Source of the DNA: an uncultured Verrucomicrobiae bacterium
GTDB lineage: Bacteria > Verrucomicrobiota > Verrucomicrobiia > Chthoniobacterales > Terrimicrobiaceae
Reading direction: 5' to 3'
DNA length: 64,000 nucleotides
Assembly: GCA_963706955.1 (NCBI GenBank)
Contig: CAVPOC010000004.1
Span: forward strand, 64,001 to 128,000
Below the pieces are notes generated by a model. The model was not told where the DNA came from and did not search any database. It was given only the letters and a program-made list of their open reading frames with translations. The translations under genes and the position numbers were made by a program. Shown piece by piece: positions 61,726-64,000 of this stretch; the stretch's first letter is position 1, and every line of letters begins with the position of its first letter.

Positions 61726-63807
61726 ATGAAGCTGTATCATACTTTTTCGAAGCGAAAGCCACGTTGGCTGCTCGTGCTAACTGCGGCGCTTCTTTCGTGC
61801 TGTTCTGCGTTCGCGCAGGTGCAATCTCAGGCTCCCCCTCCGCCGCCGGCTGAAGCGCCTCCTCAAAATCTGACGAAGGAAGAGCTCGATAAGCTGTTGG
61901 GTCCAATCGCGCTCTATCCTGACGCTCTCATCGCAGTACTTTTGCCGGCCGCCACAGTTCCATCCGATATCGTCCTTGCAGCACGCTTTCTTTCCACGAA
62001 CGAAAATTTAGCTCAAGTCGACGACCAACCATGGGATGAGAGCGTGAGGTCTCTGGCCCGCTATCCCGAGATCGTCAAGTGGATGGACCAAAATCTCGAG
62101 TGGACCACTCAGCTCGGAGAGGTCTTTTTGGATCAACCGGCGGACGTCATGAATTCAATTCAGTCGCTGCGCGCACAGGCAAGAGCAGCGGGCACGCTGG
62201 TCGACACTCCGCAACAACGGGTCGTCGAAGAGGAGAGCTACATTCGCGTTGTTCCGGCCGAACCCGACGTAATTTACGTGCCGCAATACGATCCCGAGGT
62301 CGTCTACGTCCAGCCTTATACGCCCTATGTCGAGCCGGTGGTAAGTTTTGGGATCGGTTTTGCCGTGGGTCCTTGGCTTAATTACGATTGCGATTGGCCG
62401 CGCCGAAAAGTGTGCGTGGGAGACTGGAATCCCAGGTGGAGAGATGAATGGCGGGGTGATTGGCGGCCTGAATGGAGAGATGAATGGCGCGGTCGTGGAC
62501 GGCATGATGGCCCGAATTCGGTAAATGTTGTCAATATCACCCGGGAGAGCGCGCGTGTTTGGCAGCCGAGCCCGAGAATTGAACGTCAGCATTGGCAACG
62601 GCAGCGAAACTACGATCGTGATCGGGAAAATGTTCGCGAACGAAATCGAGGTGGTGAACGGGAGAGGCGTTCCTGGGTGGTTGCAAAGCCGTCCCGAGCA
62701 AACTTTGATCGAGACCGAGATAATCGAGACCGGGGAGATTGGCAACGCTCCGATCGGATGGGGTCGCGTCGTGATCGATCCGATCGCGTCTGGCAACCCG
62801 GCTCTTCAGGGCCAGAAGTATCGCGCAATCGCGACCGCGACGATCGAGACCGGGGAAATTGGCAACGCTCGGATCGGAGGGATTCCGGTCGTGACCGATC
62901 GAACCGCGCCTGGCAGCCCAACTCCTCCGGACCGCCAGTAGCGCGCAATCGCGACCGCGATGAGCAGGAGGGAGAAGATGGGCAGCGTTCTGATCGCAGA
63001 GGCTCGAACCGCGAGCGCTCGGAACGGGTCGGGCAGCCCGGCTCTTCAGGGCCGCAAGTGTCGCGCAATCGAGACCGTGACGCTAGGAATAGAGAGGATT
63101 GGCAGCGTTCTGATCGTGGCGCTTCAGATCGTCAGCGGTCAGATTCAGTTCGCCGATCCGGCTCCTCAGGGCCAGCAGCATGGCAGAACGATCGAAGTGA
63201 GCAGCGGGCCGAACGGGGAGAGGGGCGGCGAAATCGCGATGAAAGCCAACGAGCTTTCGTGAGGGGAAACGGGCAAGGTCAAACCTCATTTGAAAGAGAG
63301 CGGGCGCGCCGATCAAGCGATTCGCGAGAAAATAGACGCAGGGAGGATGGCCAATCGGTCAGATCTCAGCGCCCGAACTACGAGGTCGCTCGTTCCGAGC
63401 GATCCCCTAATCGAGAGCGCTCTCGTTCAGAGTCAAGGCGATCAGTCGCCAGATCAGAAGGCAACTCGCGCCCGGAAGCTCGGGTGAATCGTAGTTCCTC
63501 GAGGGTTGACAGACCTCAATCGCAGCGCTCGCGCGTGGCGGATTCGAGGAGAGACAACGACTCGCGCCAAGCCAGGGGAGGTTCTTCGAGGCAATCATCG
63601 CGAGGAAATGCGGCGTACTATGGTCAATCGAGAAGGTCCCAACAGTCCGCGCGTGTCGAGCGATCTGGGGGTCAACCTCAAAGATCAACGCCATCCTATT
63701 CGAGACAGGATCGGCAGCAGTCTGCCAGTGCGGCCGGGAAAGGACGCCGGGGAGGCAACAATGGCGGTAAAAAGGGAAACAGGGACAAAGAGGAGCGCCG
63801 TCAATAA
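61726..63807 (+). CDS. Secreted DUF3300-domain protein with long R/S/D-rich disordered tail
   Basis: Signal peptide; LDKLLGPIALYPDAL, WDESVRSL, WTTQLGE, IQSLRAQA, IYVPQYDP. Confidence 0.9.
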   Translation: MKLYHTFSKRKPRWLLVLTAALLSCCSAFAQVQSQAPPPPPAEAPPQNLTKEELDKLLGPIALYPDALIAVLLPAATVPSDIVLAARFLSTNENLAQVDDQPWDESVRSLARYPEIVKWMDQNLEWTTQLGEVFLDQPADVMNSIQSLRAQARAAGTLVDTPQQRVVEEESYIRVVPAEPDVIYVPQYDPEVVYVQPYTPYVEPVVSFGIGFAVGPWLNYDCDWPRRKVCVGDWNPRWRDEWRGDWRPEWRDEWRGRGRHDGPNSVNVVNITRESARVWQPSPRIERQHWQRQRNYDRDRENVRERNRGGERERRSWVVAKPSRANFDRDRDNRDRGDWQRSDRMGSRRDRSDRVWQPGSSGPEVSRNRDRDDRDRGNWQRSDRRDSGRDRSNRAWQPNSSGPPVARNRDRDEQEGEDGQRSDRRGSNRERSERVGQPGSSGPQVSRNRDRDARNREDWQRSDRGASDRQRSDSVRRSGSSGPAAWQNDRSEQRAERGEGRRNRDESQRAFVRGNGQGQTSFERERARRSSDSRENRRREDGQSVRSQRPNYEVARSERSPNRERSRSESRRSVARSEGNSRPEARVNRSSSRVDRPQSQRSRVADSRRDNDSRQARGGSSRQSSRGNAAYYGQSRRSQQSARVERSGGQPQRSTPSYSRQDRQQSASAAGKGRRGGNNGGKKGNRDKEERRQ
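62710..63190 (+). repeat. Four tandem 120-bp (40-aa) coding repeats
   Basis: Unit RDRDxxxxxxWQRSDRxxSxRxRSxRxxQPGSSGPxVSRN; the (G)CAAC/GCAGC at WQ/GQ recurs at 62741, 62861, 62981 and 63101. Confidence 0.85.
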
Positions 63808-64000
63808 TACTCCTGGCATTCTGGATAGTTGTCGTTGTCGCGGCGGCGTCCCCGCTGCCGGGAGGCCTGGGACGATGAAGGACATCCCCGCTGCAAAGCG
63901 CTGGGCGCCGCGACACGTCCTGACAAAGGTGTCGGCGCGTTAGTTCTTAAAAAAGCGATCGAGCAGAGTGCCGATAAGCTTTTGCCAGACCCGCACCTGC

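Noticed and set aside
62710..63190. CRISPR or other non-coding array
   Set aside because: The repeats are in-frame 120-bp units that conserve the peptide rather than the DNA.
63940..64000. Possible 3' end of a minus-strand gene (QVRVWQKLIGTLLDRFFKN*)
   Set aside because: Too short at the window edge to assign.

Overview
Ordinary bacterial chromosomal DNA, moderately GC-rich. The gene content and protein style suggest a soil/sediment Verrucomicrobiota (Chthoniobacterales-like) genome; this is an inference, not a database result. No integrase, transposase, prophage, CRISPR array or rRNA was seen. Many genes are split by single-base indels, consistent with an unpolished long-read assembly. Contents in order: a flavin-dependent halogenase tightly coupled to a UbiD/MqnL-type decarboxylase; a ynbA-plsC-ynbB-like phospholipid module; a lipid A operon (lpxI, gnnA-like, lpxB) ending in a degenerate class III cyclase and a HIT hydrolase; uppP, a P-II gene and tRNA(CAT); a stress-type block (cls, AKR, S2P-CBS, GH15, orphan Ku, NUDIX, Na+/H+ antiporter, group-2 sigma70, kup); a complete L-rhamnose operon (rhaTPQS-A-M-B-EW) followed by lutABC; a second sugar ABC system with an FGGY kinase; Mut7-C, DoxX, DUF456; and a DUF3300 protein with a long Arg/Ser/Asp repeat tail. 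The best leads are the halogenase-UbiD pair, a duplicated 39-bp motif upstream of the rha operon, the structured leader of the sigma gene, a candidate structured RNA at about 59.8 kb, the cyclase/HIT pair in the lpx operon and the RS-like repeat tail. No novel system can be established from the sequence alone.
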